A stretch of DNA of 64,000 nt from an uncultured Bacteroidales bacterium (GCA_963702415.1 CAVPCP010000008.1:199732-263731), one strand, 5' to 3'. Counted from the stretch's first letter, positions 49,242 to 59,857 are shown. The notes: generated by a model not told the origin, from the sequence alone. Numbers and translations are program-made.

Positions 49242-49695
49242 CATAACACGGACAATATGGGTAAGTTGTTTCCCGCTTTTTTATTGAAAAAGCGGGACAG
49301 GTCGTCACGGTTTTTGCTTTTGCTCCTGCTCCCCAGACAAATTTGTAATGGTTGTTGCACCCTGACACGCTCATCTGCATGCAATTAAAATCGTGCACCG
49401 TGACAGATTTCTGGCTCCGAGATAGTTTTTACCGCGACTCTACGCCAGTGCTGTTAATAAAATAACAATACCTTGATAATTTCCCAGTTACTTTGAAAGC
49501 TTGTACCGCGACACGCGAAATGTTCAATAAAATTTGTACCATGACTGCAAAAACACGCGCCCCCGCTTTCGCTGCGCTACTGCGGGGCAGGCTCCCCCTC
49601 CTTGCACCGTGACAGTTTTCTGGCTAAAGAACACAGGACGTGGCCGGTGCTGTCGTCGGGTAACACAACCTCCCCATATTGCCGGGCCGTTAGCA
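49242..49695 (+). repeat. mega-attC-like site 37 (454 bp)
   Basis: CATAAC...GTTAGCA. Left-arm hairpin at 49272-49296 and TTCGCT hairpin at about 49561-49587. Confidence 0.85.
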
Positions 49696-49903
49696 CATAT
49701 ATTTGTGGCTGTGAGACTTAACCCTCGCGCCGTGTTAATAAAGTTTCATCATGACAACATAAATTCAGCACTTTTACCGGGACCTGCCCTCGCACGACAA
49801 ATAGCTGGCCCTCCCGCCGTCACCAGAAACATCTGTTATTTAATTAACAATTCTGCTTTCTGCAGGGACTCGCCCATCGCGCGACGAAAAAACATGTGCT
49901 AAC
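49689..49903 (+). repeat. type-C 215-bp cassette-leader element, copy 3
   Basis: GTTAGCACATATATT ... AACATGTGCTAAC. The right two-thirds are homologous to 3590-3737. Confidence 0.75.
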
Positions 49904-50009
49904 AGCAAAGGCCAATTTAAGATATCCGGACAAATTTGATATCCATTTAAAACAAGACACCAGCATTGTTGAATGATCATTTTTTGATAGATTTGTAAAA
50001 ACATTCTAA

Positions 50010-50294
50010 ATGGACCAATCAGAGATTAAAAATATAATCTTGAGTCACTTAAAAGGATTTAATCCGATTAAGGTTGGTATCTTCGGCTCTTTTGCCAGAG
50101 GAGATAATAAAAAGGGCAGTGATATCGATATCTTAGTAGAGTTCAAAGAGGCTCCTTCTTTATTGACACTTATTAAATTAGAGAATGACCTTTCCGAAAT
50201 TATTGGTGTTAAGGTTGACCTTGTGACAACTGGTGCCTTGAAAAATAAGAGAATCAAAAAGAGCATTAAGAAAGACCTCATTAGCATATTGTAA
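50010..50294 (+). CDS. nucleotidyltransferase (MNT-type antitoxin)
   Basis: GIFGSFARGDNKKGSDIDILVEF matches the minimal NTase motif GS...D.D. Confidence 0.85.
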   Translation: MDQSEIKNIILSHLKGFNPIKVGIFGSFARGDNKKGSDIDILVEFKEAPSLLTLIKLENDLSEIIGVKVDLVTTGALKNKRIKKSIKKDLISIL

Positions 50295-50626
50295 TGATTA
50301 AGGACGATCTCGCTTACATAGAGCATATTATTGATTGTATCAGAAAAATCAATGAGTTTAGTAACGGACTGTCCTTGAAAGAATTTAAGACAAATGAGAT
50401 GGTTCAGGATGCCATCATTAGAAATATTGAGATAATTGGGGAGGCTTCAAAAAAAATCTCTAAAGACACAAAGCAAACTTATTATAAAATCCCTTGGAAA
50501 GAGATTGCAGGTATGAGGGACAAACTCATCCATGACTATTTAGGGGTTGATGTTACTGTTGTTTGGAAGACTATCCATCAAGATATTCCTACACTTGAGA
50601 AACTTATCAGTGAGATAGAAAAATAA
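50294..50626 (+). CDS. HEPN/DUF86 toxin
   Basis: 4-nt overlap with the NTase gene. RNIEIIGEA and MRDKLIHDY (the HEPN Rx4-6H motif). Confidence 0.85.
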   Translation: MIKDDLAYIEHIIDCIRKINEFSNGLSLKEFKTNEMVQDAIIRNIEIIGEASKKISKDTKQTYYKIPWKEIAGMRDKLIHDYLGVDVTVVWKTIHQDIPTLEKLISEIEK

Positions 50627-50637
50627 TCTATACATGT

Positions 50638-51017
50638 GCTAACACGGACAATATGGGTAAGTTGTTTCCCGCTTTTTTATTGAAAAAGCGGGACAGGTCG
50701 TCACGGTTTTTGCTTTTACTCCTGCTACCAAGACAGGATCGTAATGCTTGACAAAACCGGACCGCGCCACTGCTGTTAACAAAATAACAATACCGGGATA
50801 GATCCTCGTTCATTTAGTAACCTTGTACCGCGACACTCGTATAACTCATATAACTTAGTACCTTGACTGCAAAAACACATGCCCCCGCTTTCGCTGCGCT
50901 ACTGCGGGGCAGGCTCCCCCTCCTTGCAACGTGACAGTATCGCAGCTAAAGTACCAGGACCCTGTTCGGTGCTCGCGTCGGGTAACGCTTACTAATTATA
51001 CCGGCGGGCCGTTAGCT
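50638..51017 (+). repeat. mega-attC-like site 38 (380 bp, chimeric ends)
   Basis: GCTAAC-ACGGACAATATGGG on the left, GCTTACTAATTATACC-GGCGGGCC-GTTAGCT on the right. Confidence 0.8.
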
Positions 51018-51060
51018 TGCATTCAACACGAGCACCGAGATTATTCATTTCTTAAGCAAT

Positions 51061-51936
51061 TTGGAAACACAAACTAAATCAATCAACCCTATGGCTAAAA
51101 CAATTCTTGTATCTGTATCCTTCATCATAATAAGATGCAGTTTACTAATTTCACAAGTTACCACTTCAGGTTATATTAAGACAGGTAACGATAGTATCTT
51201 TTATGAAATTTCAGGCTCTGGACCAACAATTGTCCTTATTCATGATGGATTAATTCACCGTGAAGTTTGGGATGCTCAATTTTCTTACTTCTCAAAAAAT
51301 TATAGAGTAGTTAGATATGACAGAAGAGGCTATGGAAAATCATCTCCGGCAACTGGCAAGTACTCTAACCTTGAGGATTTAAATACTTTGTTTACACAGT
51401 TAAAAATTGATAGAGCATGTTTAATTGGTGCTTCATCAGGAGGAAGGCTTGCTATTGATTTTGCATTAAGTTATCCTCAAAAGACTTGTTCAATGATTCT
51501 TGTTGGAGCTGTTGTAGGGGGATTTTCTTATACCAAACACTTTAACACACGTGGAGGACATTTGCCATCTGATTTGAAAGACGACCAGGAAGAATCATTG
51601 TACTATGCATCCGATGATCCTTATGAGATCTACTTTGAAAATACAGCCGTTAGAAATAAAATAATAGAATTAGTTAAGAATAATCCTATCAGGATTTATG
51701 GCTCTCAAATTAATGCCTCTCAAAAAACTCCTGCATACAAAAGACTAAATGAAATAAATATCCCTGTATTAATCCTATGTGGTGAATTCGACATTCCTGA
51801 CGTTCATGCCCATGCTGGGGCTATTAATGCAGGTATCTCGAATTCCAGAAGAATTATTATTCCGAAATCAGGACACATAATCCCAATGGAACAACCGGAT
51901 TTATTTAATGAGACAGTTGCAAATTTTTTAAAATAA
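51061..51936 (+). CDS. alpha/beta hydrolase, secreted
   Basis: HDG oxyanion region, nucleophile elbow LIGASSGG (GxSxG), and a C-terminal SGHIIPMEQP with the catalytic His. The start is more likely the ATG at 51091. Confidence 0.8.
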   Translation: METQTKSINPMAKTILVSVSFIIIRCSLLISQVTTSGYIKTGNDSIFYEISGSGPTIVLIHDGLIHREVWDAQFSYFSKNYRVVRYDRRGYGKSSPATGKYSNLEDLNTLFTQLKIDRACLIGASSGGRLAIDFALSYPQKTCSMILVGAVVGGFSYTKHFNTRGGHLPSDLKDDQEESLYYASDDPYEIYFENTAVRNKIIELVKNNPIRIYGSQINASQKTPAYKRLNEINIPVLILCGEFDIPDVHAHAGAINAGISNSRRIIIPKSGHIIPMEQPDLFNETVANFLK

Positions 51937-51979
51937 ATTGATAACCAGTAAATTACAAGTAATAATTAAAAAAACGCAA

Positions 51980-52338
51980 GCTAACACGGACAATATGGGT
52001 AAGCTGTTTGTCACATTTTTTGCTTTTGTTCCTGCTTCCAAGTCGGAATTGTACCATCTGACAAACCCGGACCGCGCCACTGCCCTCAATAAACTTAACT
52101 GTACCTGGATAAATGACAAACACCTTGACATCTCTGTACCGCGAAGCTCGTAAAGGCCATAAAACGCTGTACCCGGATGGCAAAAAATGCGCCCCCGCTT
52201 TCGCTGCGCTACTGCGGGACAGGCTCCCCCTCCTTGCACCGTGACAGCTTTCTGGCTAAAGTATCATCCCGAGTACTCGGGACTACCCGGTGCTTGCGTC
52301 GGGTAACACAACCTCCCCATATTGCCGGGCCGTTAGGT
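51980..52338 (+). repeat. mega-attC-like site 39 (359 bp, A2 plus inserts)
   Basis: GCTAAC...GTTAGGT. Palindrome TCCCGAGTACTCGGGA at 52267-52282. Confidence 0.85.
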
Positions 52339-52404
52339 TTCAGGCTGTGGTCATAAGAAACAATTAAACATAAAAATCTGTTATCTTTGTAAAAAATTCG
52401 CACC

Positions 52405-52650
52405 ATGACAGTTTCAGATTTAAAGCTCAAAATATTCAGACAAATCGATTCCCTTGAAAAGAGCCGGCTTGAGGAGTTTTATGGATTTTTGCTTAACTAC
52501 ATTAATGGTAAAAAAGATATTTCTGACTGGGAAGGACTTAGTCCTGCTCAAAAGCAAGGTCTCATGGAGGCTATCGACCAATTGGATTCAGGAAAAGGTG
52601 TTTCCCACAAGGATGTAATAGATAATCTTCGAAAGAAATATAATGCCTAA
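52405..52650 (+). CDS. putative antitoxin (addiction-module component)
   Basis: 81 aa. Its 3' end overlaps the ParE-like gene by 8 nt. Confidence 0.55.
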   Translation: MTVSDLKLKIFRQIDSLEKSRLEEFYGFLLNYINGKKDISDWEGLSPAQKQGLMEAIDQLDSGKGVSHKDVIDNLRKKYNA

Positions 52651-52939
52651 ACATATTACTTGGTCACCTCTAGCTGAGCATGACCTTTCAATTATTCTGA
52701 ACTATCTTGATCAAAACTGGGGGAAAAAAGTTGCCGCAAATTTTATTGACTTGACAGACAGTTTTATTATTCAAATCTCCATTAATCCAAAACAATTTCC
52801 ATTCATCCAAAAAAGAAAAGGCATTCGTAAATGTGTCTTGACCAAACATAATACTCTTTTCTACCGTGACCGAAGATCCATGGTGGAAATTTTAAGAATT
52901 TACGACACAAGACAGGACCCAAATACTCTGACTTTTTAA
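52643..52939 (+). CDS. ParE/RelE-family toxin
   Basis: ITWSPLAEHDLSIILNYL...NF......I.....NP..FP.......IRKCVL.KHNTLFYR......VEILRIYDTRQDP. Confidence 0.75.
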   Translation: MPKHITWSPLAEHDLSIILNYLDQNWGKKVAANFIDLTDSFIIQISINPKQFPFIQKRKGIRKCVLTKHNTLFYRDRRSMVEILRIYDTRQDPNTLTF

Positions 52940-52952
52940 ACGGGCCCGAAAA

Positions 52953-53480
52953 CCTAACACGGACAATATGGGTAAGTTGTTTCCCGCTTTTTTATTGAAA
53001 AAGCGGGACAGGTCGTCACGGTTTTTGCTTTTGCTCCTGCTCCCCAGACAAATTTGTAATGGTTGTTGCACCCTGACACCAGCCTTCGCTGAAGCTACGG
53101 CTGTCGAAGCGCTCATCTGCATGCAATTAAAATCGTGCACCGTGACAGATTTCTGGCTCCGAGATAGTTTGTACCCCCGCTTTCGCTTCGCTTCTGCGGG
53201 GCACGGCGCGACTCTACGCCAGTGCTGTTAATAAAATAACAATACCTTGATAATTTCCCAGTTACTTTGAAAGCTTGTACCGCGACACGCGAAATGTTCA
53301 ATAAAATTTGTACCATGACTGCAAAAAGTGCGCCCCCGCTTTCGCTGCGCTACTGCGGGGCAGGCTCCCCCTCCTTGCACCGTGACAGCTTTCTGGCTAA
53401 AGTACCAGTCCCGCGTACGCGGGATGCCCGGTGCTGTCGTCGGGTTACGCCTACTAAAACATACCGCCGGGCCGTTATAA
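52953..53480 (+). repeat. mega-attC-like site 40 (528 bp, the longest; five small insertions; chimeric ends)
   Basis: CCTAAC...GTTATAA. Inserts near 52983-53007, 53080-53111, 53175-53201, 53334-53360 and 53409-53424. Confidence 0.85.
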
Positions 53481-53693
53481 GCAAGCCGATGGAACATCAG
53501 GAGACTACTTATCGACATTTTTTAAGTACAATATTCCGCATGAAATCATGGTTACATTTACTTGCATTTTGTTGCACACCATTGACTTGAAAGCCTTTTA
53601 TATGTAAATTTACTCTATTGATAGACCCGGATATTAAGTTCCTAAAAAGACTAATCGTTAATAATCAGTGTTTTAAATTTAATAATAATTAAA

Positions 53694-55607
53694 ATGGCAA
53701 TCTGGTCTGCTGAAGTTAAAGAGCTTGAGAAGCTATCTAAAACTTTAAATGACAATTTACCAATGATCGGTAAGGAGTTAGAACCACTTATAAAAACGAA
53801 TGATGCAAATGTTGTGTTGCTTTATGCCCGGCGATGTCTTGAAGTGATGTTAACAGAGCTTTGTGAAACTGAGTTGAAAAGACCAAGAAAAACTGAACCA
53901 CTAAAAGGAATAATAGACAAACTGAACAGTGAGGATAAAGTACCTTCAAATATTATTGCTTCCATGCATGGCCTTAATAGTCTTGCTACTTTTGGCACAC
54001 ACCCAAAAGATTTCGAACCTGAACAGGTTAAGCCCGTATTAAATAACCTTTTAATTGTTACCAGGTGGTATCTTAAATTCAAAGGAATTGAAGTATCGCT
54101 CCTTTCCACTACCGAAAATGCATTGATTACAAAAGCTAAAGCAGAATCTGAAAAGCCTGACACTTCACAGATTGAAAAATCCGTTGCCATCCTTCCCTTC
54201 CGCAATGATAGTCCCGATGAGGAGAACGCATATTTCATTAATGGGGTGATGGAAGAAATCCTCAATAATCTTCAAAAGATCAGGGTTTTAAGGGTAATTT
54301 CCCGGACTTCTGTTGAACAGTATCGGAATCAGACGAAACCAATACCTGAGATTGCAAGAGAACTTGGTGTGAATTACATTTTGGAAGGCAGCGCGCAGCG
54401 ATACGGAAATAATTTTCGTTTAAGAACTCAATTAATACTGGCTGATAAAGAGACTCATCTCTGGGGAGAATCATTTCAAAAACAAATAAATGAAACTGAG
54501 GATATTTTTGGAATCCAGAACCAGATTGCTGAATCAATAGCTACAGAATTAAAAGTTATTATCACACCAGAGGAGAAAAAACGCATTGAGACAATTCCTA
54601 CCTCAGATATGGCAGCATATGATGCTTATCTAAAGGGCAAATTTTATGCATATAAATCTACGTTGGATGATCTGGAAATTGCAATGCACCATTTTGAGCT
54701 GGCAAAAGAACGAGATCCTGAATTTGCCCTTCCTTTTGCAGGAATTGCCATGGTATGGATGGTCCGTCAGCAATTAGGGATGGCATCACCTGAGGAGGCA
54801 GGCCCAAAAATAATGGAAGCTGTCGGAAGAGCCCATGAACTGGACAACACATTGGCGGAAGTACATTTTATATCAGCTGCGATGAATGTTTTGGGGATGT
54901 GGGACTGGGAAGCTGGCGAGGCAGCATATAAAAAAGCCATTGAGATCAATCCCAACCATACAGATGCACATGCAATATATTCACAATTGCTGATAATACT
55001 TGGCCGGCCGGAAGAAGGAATGGAACATGCTAATCTGGCATTTAAGCTTGATCCACATAATCCAATGGTAAAGGTGTGGTATAGTGCAGATCTTTTATTT
55101 GTGCACCGTTATGACGATTGTATTTCCATAAGTCGTGAATTATTGGAAAAGAATCCAACTATGTTCCTGGCCTTAGCTAATCTATTTCCGGCTCTTCACA
55201 TGAAAGAAAGATATGATGAGGCATTTGAAGCGACGAAGTTGTATATATGCAATTTCTACACAGATTTTGACCATGTTTTTGATCAGTATGAACATTTAGG
55301 TTATGCAGGTACATTGAATCTTGAAGCCGATGTCCTCCTGGCGCAGTCAGAATCTAAATATATCGTACCATTAGATATTGCTCTTTTATATATCCATGCA
55401 GGTAATAAGGAGCGGGCTCTGGAATGTCTGGAAAAATCTTACGAAATGCATGATTCTAATGCCATTTATTTAGGAGTATATCCTGAATTTTCAATTATTC
55501 ATAATGAGCCCCGCTATAAGGATCTGTTAAAAAAATTGAACCTGCCCGATAACAATTATTTTATTTCTCATGAATATGGTGCAGGTGATATAAACTCTGT
55601 GATTTAA
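53694..55607 (+). CDS. TPR-repeat protein with a TolB-N-like domain and an N-terminal DUF4145-like region
   Basis: KSVAILPFRNDSPDEENAYFINGVMEEILNNLQKIRVLRVISRTS...IARELGVNYILEGSAQRYGNNFRLRTQLILADKETHLWGESF is the SIAVLPF.N.S type module. TPR-like helices follow. Confidence 0.7.
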   Translation: MAIWSAEVKELEKLSKTLNDNLPMIGKELEPLIKTNDANVVLLYARRCLEVMLTELCETELKRPRKTEPLKGIIDKLNSEDKVPSNIIASMHGLNSLATFGTHPKDFEPEQVKPVLNNLLIVTRWYLKFKGIEVSLLSTTENALITKAKAESEKPDTSQIEKSVAILPFRNDSPDEENAYFINGVMEEILNNLQKIRVLRVISRTSVEQYRNQTKPIPEIARELGVNYILEGSAQRYGNNFRLRTQLILADKETHLWGESFQKQINETEDIFGIQNQIAESIATELKVIITPEEKKRIETIPTSDMAAYDAYLKGKFYAYKSTLDDLEIAMHHFELAKERDPEFALPFAGIAMVWMVRQQLGMASPEEAGPKIMEAVGRAHELDNTLAEVHFISAAMNVLGMWDWEAGEAAYKKAIEINPNHTDAHAIYSQLLIILGRPEEGMEHANLAFKLDPHNPMVKVWYSADLLFVHRYDDCISISRELLEKNPTMFLALANLFPALHMKERYDEAFEATKLYICNFYTDFDHVFDQYEHLGYAGTLNLEADVLLAQSESKYIVPLDIALLYIHAGNKERALECLEKSYEMHDSNAIYLGVYPEFSIIHNEPRYKDLLKKLNLPDNNYFISHEYGAGDINSVI

Positions 55608-55620
55608 AATAAGGCCTGCT

Positions 55621-56080
55621 TATAACACGGACAATATGGGTAAGTTGTTTCCCGCTTTTTTATTGAAAAAGCGGGACAGGTCGTCACGGTTTTTGCTTTT
55701 GCTTCTGCTCACAAGACAGCTTTGTAATGGTATATGAACCCGGACACCAGCCTTCGCTGAGGCTAAGGCTGTCGAAGCGCACACCTGCCCTCAATTAAAA
55801 TCCTACACCGTGACAGATATCTGGCTCCGAGACAGATTGTACCTCGACACTGCGCCAGTGCCCGTCACCAAATTTGTAACCGGGGATAACCTCGCGGCTC
55901 CGATCAAACTTGTACCGCGACACGCGTAATGCTCAATAAAATCTGTACCATGACTGCAAAAACACGCGCCATGCTTCACTCATTACGGCCTCAGAAGTAT
56001 TATCTCCCGATGCCGGGACACCACTCTCGGCCTCCATTCGTTCAGCAACGCTTTCTAATTATACTGCCGGGCCGTTAGCA
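55621..56080 (+). repeat. mega-attC-like site 41 (460 bp; right arm as in site 3; chimeric ends)
   Basis: TATAAC-ACGGACAATATGGG on the left, GCTTTCTAATTATACT-GCCGGGCC-GTTAGCA on the right. Confidence 0.8.
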
Positions 56081-56226
56081 TTCATGCTGTGCCGATTTTG
56101 GAAGACAATATAATGGTAGACCCATACGTAATATTATAAACTAACACGGGATCTAACTATCTAGATCAAATTATCAAGAATTACCGTTTGTTATCTTAAA
56201 ATTTAATTCAATTATTGCAGCACTAT

Positions 56227-57786
56227 ATGAAAAAACTACTTCTAATTGGACTTATAAGCTTTACTGTATTGACAATTTATCCTCAGTCTAACTTATTGAT
56301 AATAAAGAATGAAAAAGTAAGTGGGAAAAACTACAAAACCAATAACGATATACAAGCTAAGGAGTATATTTTCCCCGATAGGATAGATAATTCATTTATT
56401 GATACAACAACTAATTTATTGACAGTTCAGCTTCGAGGGACAAGTAAAAATGGTAAATGGTTAAATAATTCCGGAGATGTCGTATTGTATGACTTGACAA
56501 ATAACAAAATTAAATGGACCAAGAAAATCTTTTATCAACAAGGTAGTATTGAGCAGTTTGATAATATTATTATTCAAACAATTGCAAATAAAAGCTACTG
56601 TCTGAACATTGAAAATGGAGAGAATCAATGGGAAGTGAAAAATACAATTTACTATGTTGAGCCGTTTCAGAAAATTGGGATTGGATATAAATTCAAAACA
56701 TCAACAGGCTATACAAATACTTTGGAAGGAATAGATTTGAATAATGGAAATACAATTTGGAAAAGGGAGTTAAATCGTGAATACAGTTGGAATAACATTT
56801 TTCATTTGAACGATTCGGTCATTATTGTTGCAGCAGCTGGTTTACATTCTATTAATCTTAAAAATGGAACAGGTTGGGATTATAATACAATTACTGGGGA
56901 AAAAGACTATACTGAAACAGCTTTAGCTAATGCTGCCGGAGTAGCCTTAGGGGTACTGACAGGGGCATTTATGATGTCAACGGGTCATAATTTAGTAAGA
57001 GATGTTGTATCAAATATTCTAAGAGATAGTTCAACTATTTATTTTGCATCAAAAGAAAAAATAACGAGGTTAGATTTTAGTGGACAAATAAAATGGTCTT
57101 CTCCTCTACCAGAAGATATGACAAGTAGTTCTTCAATCTTTACAAAAGATAGTCTTCTTTATATGATAAATAAAGGCTTTGCTTTTATGGGTTACAGACA
57201 ATTAGATTTTGGCAAGCCTTTTTTTGCGGGATTTAATCGTAATACTGGGAAACAATTATTTTTAAGTACCATAGGCGAGAAAAAAGACCAAATTACCGGA
57301 TTTAAGATATATTATGATACGGTATTATTAGTATTTAAAGACAGAGTATCAAAGTATTCTATGTCAGACGGTTCGTTTATATCAGAAAAAACATTTGATA
57401 TTCAAACGTTAGGTGAATTAAGATATTTCATTGGCGGACAGGTCTATCTTAAGACCGACTCTATTTATAATAACTTAATATTTATAGATTCGACTAGCCA
57501 TTATCTTTTTACAAAAACTGGGAAAATACTTGTTATCAATGACAATCTAGATGTTTTGAATCAGATTGAATATAACCAAATATACCTGTATTATCTTAAA
57601 ACAAAGAATTACAAATTCTTGGCAAAGGATAATGAAACAACTGTAATAGACAATGAGAATAAGAAAGTCGCTGATTTTAAAGCATCAAATAATTCGATAT
57701 TAATTGGGTCAACGCTTTATGATATGCAAGAAAAGAGTTTCCTAGAAATCGATCTCAATGAATTAATAAATAGCACACCCAAATAA
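56227..57786 (+). CDS. PQQ-like beta-propeller repeat protein, secreted
   Basis: Recurrent G...W units (NKIKWTKKI, GENQWEVKN, GNTIWKREL, GQIKWSSPL). The signal peptide starts at the ATG at 56227. Confidence 0.6.
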   Translation: MKKLLLIGLISFTVLTIYPQSNLLIIKNEKVSGKNYKTNNDIQAKEYIFPDRIDNSFIDTTTNLLTVQLRGTSKNGKWLNNSGDVVLYDLTNNKIKWTKKIFYQQGSIEQFDNIIIQTIANKSYCLNIENGENQWEVKNTIYYVEPFQKIGIGYKFKTSTGYTNTLEGIDLNNGNTIWKRELNREYSWNNIFHLNDSVIIVAAAGLHSINLKNGTGWDYNTITGEKDYTETALANAAGVALGVLTGAFMMSTGHNLVRDVVSNILRDSSTIYFASKEKITRLDFSGQIKWSSPLPEDMTSSSSIFTKDSLLYMINKGFAFMGYRQLDFGKPFFAGFNRNTGKQLFLSTIGEKKDQITGFKIYYDTVLLVFKDRVSKYSMSDGSFISEKTFDIQTLGELRYFIGGQVYLKTDSIYNNLIFIDSTSHYLFTKTGKILVINDNLDVLNQIEYNQIYLYYLKTKNYKFLAKDNETTVIDNENKKVADFKASNNSILIGSTLYDMQEKSFLEIDLNELINSTPK

Positions 57787-57835
57787 TTGGGAGTAAACTT
57801 TCACTTAATATTATAATAACAAAATTTGCACGAAC

Positions 57836-58123
57836 CACTAACACGGACAATATGGGTAAGTTGTTTCCCGCTTTTTTATTGAAAAAGCGGGACAGGTCGT
57901 CATGGTTTTTGCTTTTGTTCCTACTCCCAAGACAGATTGGTAATAGTTTTTGTACCCGGACACCAGCCTTCGCTGAAGCTACGGCTGGCAAAACGCGCAT
58001 CTGCCCGCAATTTAAATCCTGCACCGTGACAGCTTTCTGGCTAAAGTACCAGTCCCGCGTACGCGGGATGCTCGGATTCTTCGTCGGGTAACACAACCTC
58101 CCCATATTGCCGGGCCGTTATGG
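57836..58123 (+). repeat. mega-attC-like site 42 (288 bp, central modules deleted)
   Basis: CACTAAC...GTTATGG. Confidence 0.85.
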
Positions 58124-58239
58124 TTAATTCGTTATAAAAGTGACCATTAGAAAAATCACTCAAAGAACTAACCATAACTGAAAAAGCGATGTGCTTTTCT
58201 GAAACAAATATTTCGCAGTTATCAGGACTTACAAGTATT

Positions 58240-59082
58240 ATGACAGTTAATCTTTTATTTAAAATATTTTGTTTTACTCCTTTGGTTTTTCTTTTCCATT
58301 CATGTAATAGTAACAAGCCAAAACCCTTCTCAAATTGGCAAGAACCTATTACAAGAATAGAGTTTGTTTTAATACCAGAAGGAAGTTTTCTTATGGGAAA
58401 TCCATCAGCAGAACGAGACACCAACAATTTAGAATCTATACATTTTGTGACTCTCACTCAAGATTTCTGGTTGTCTAAAACAGAAATAACACAGGAACAA
58501 TGGCAAAAAGTTATGGGAGTTAGAGAACTTCATCCGGATAAACCTAATCCATTTCGTTATGACAATTCAAAGTATCCAGTTGTAAGCAAATCTTATTATG
58601 ATGTACAGAATTTTCTACAAAAATTAGAAACGCTATCTCCAGGAAATCACTTCCGCCTTCCTACAGAAGCAGAATGGGAATATGCATGTCGTGCAAATAC
58701 TTATACTAATTTTTCCATTGGACAAAAAATTTCTGATTCTTTGAGTAATTACAATGCTGAAATTACTTCGAAATATTCGATCATTGGAATAAATGTGGGA
58801 CATCCAACATCAGTGGGTAGCTATTCCCCTAATCCTTGGGGATTATTCGATATGCATGGTAATGTTTGGGAGTGGGTCTCAGATTGGTATGCACCTTATT
58901 CTTCGCAACAAACAGTAGATCCCCAAGGACCTCAAAATGGAACTCTCAAAGTTATCCGAGGTGGTAGTTGGTATTTTGGTGCAGATAATGCTCGATCATA
59001 TTCTCGTGGGACACATTCGCCTCAATCATGGGGATTCTCAATAGGATTTCGCATAGTTCGGGAAAAAATCGACTTCAAATAA
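58240..59082 (+). CDS. formylglycine-generating enzyme (SUMF1/FGE-sulfatase domain) family lipoprotein
   Basis: RLPTEAEWEYACRA, NPWGLFDMHGNVWEWVSDWY and RGGSWYFGADNARSYSR. Lipobox FLFHSC from the ATG at 58240. Confidence 0.85.
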   Translation: MTVNLLFKIFCFTPLVFLFHSCNSNKPKPFSNWQEPITRIEFVLIPEGSFLMGNPSAERDTNNLESIHFVTLTQDFWLSKTEITQEQWQKVMGVRELHPDKPNPFRYDNSKYPVVSKSYYDVQNFLQKLETLSPGNHFRLPTEAEWEYACRANTYTNFSIGQKISDSLSNYNAEITSKYSIIGINVGHPTSVGSYSPNPWGLFDMHGNVWEWVSDWYAPYSSQQTVDPQGPQNGTLKVIRGGSWYFGADNARSYSRGTHSPQSWGFSIGFRIVREKIDFK

Positions 59083-59144
59083 AAAATGATACAAGATTAA
59101 GTCTAATCTCGTTTTCTGATGATAATAATAAAAAAAGAACTAAC

Positions 59145-59388
59145 CATAACACGGACAATATGGGTAAGTTGTTTCCCGCTTTTTTATTGAAAAAGCGGGA
59201 CAGGTCGTCACGGTTTTTGCTTTGCTCCTGCTCCCAAGACAAATTCGTAATAGCCTTTGCACCCGGACACCCTCACCTGCTCACAATTATAATCCTGCAC
59301 CGTGACAGATTTTTGGCTAAAGTATCGAGACCCTAACCGGTGCTGTCGTCGGGTAACACAACCTCCCCATATTGCCGGGCCGTTAGCC
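59145..59388 (+). repeat. mega-attC-like site 43 (244 bp, the shortest)
   Basis: CATAAC...GTTAGCC. Confidence 0.85.
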
Positions 59389-59473
59389 GTAAGCGGTTAG
59401 CTTCCAGTACACTAGAGAAAGTTTAACATGACAATTCCTTCTAAAGTATCAAGCTTCTAAAACAATTTCAGTA

Positions 59474-59854
59474 ATGAAAAAAATGAGACTGGATCATGAA
59501 CTCCCTATTTCAACCTCTGCATGGGGATGGAAATACCATCACTTGGGCATCCCGACTAAAAAGAAAATGCCAGGTGAGACATATCTTAAAAAGTTCAAAT
59601 TCTATGTCTCCGGCTTTTCTTCTTGTCCCTTCGGCATTGAATGGATGAGATTCGAAAAGGATAGCCCAGTTTACAAACTAATTCAATCAGTGCCTCACAT
59701 AGCATTTGAGGTAAGCAGCATAGACTCTGAGCTATCGACACATGACTTTAACGTGATCTCTAAACCAGAATCAAACTTTGAAGGTATAAAAGTCGCGATG
59801 ATTGAATACAATGGAGCTCCAATAGAACTTATCGAATTTGAAAAAAACAAATAA
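59474..59854 (+). CDS. VOC/glyoxalase-fold-like protein
   Basis: HHLGIPT...and PHIAFEV...APIELIEF are paired beta-alpha-beta-beta-beta-like motifs. Weak call. Confidence 0.45.
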   Translation: MKKMRLDHELPISTSAWGWKYHHLGIPTKKKMPGETYLKKFKFYVSGFSSCPFGIEWMRFEKDSPVYKLIQSVPHIAFEVSSIDSELSTHDFNVISKPESNFEGIKVAMIEYNGAPIELIEFEKNK

Positions 59855-59857
59855 AAC

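Noticed and set aside
49272-49296. CCCGCTTTTTTATTGAAAAAGCGGG as a rho-independent terminator.
   Set aside because: No T-tract follows the stem on either strand. It always sits at the same internal position of the repeat, not at gene ends.
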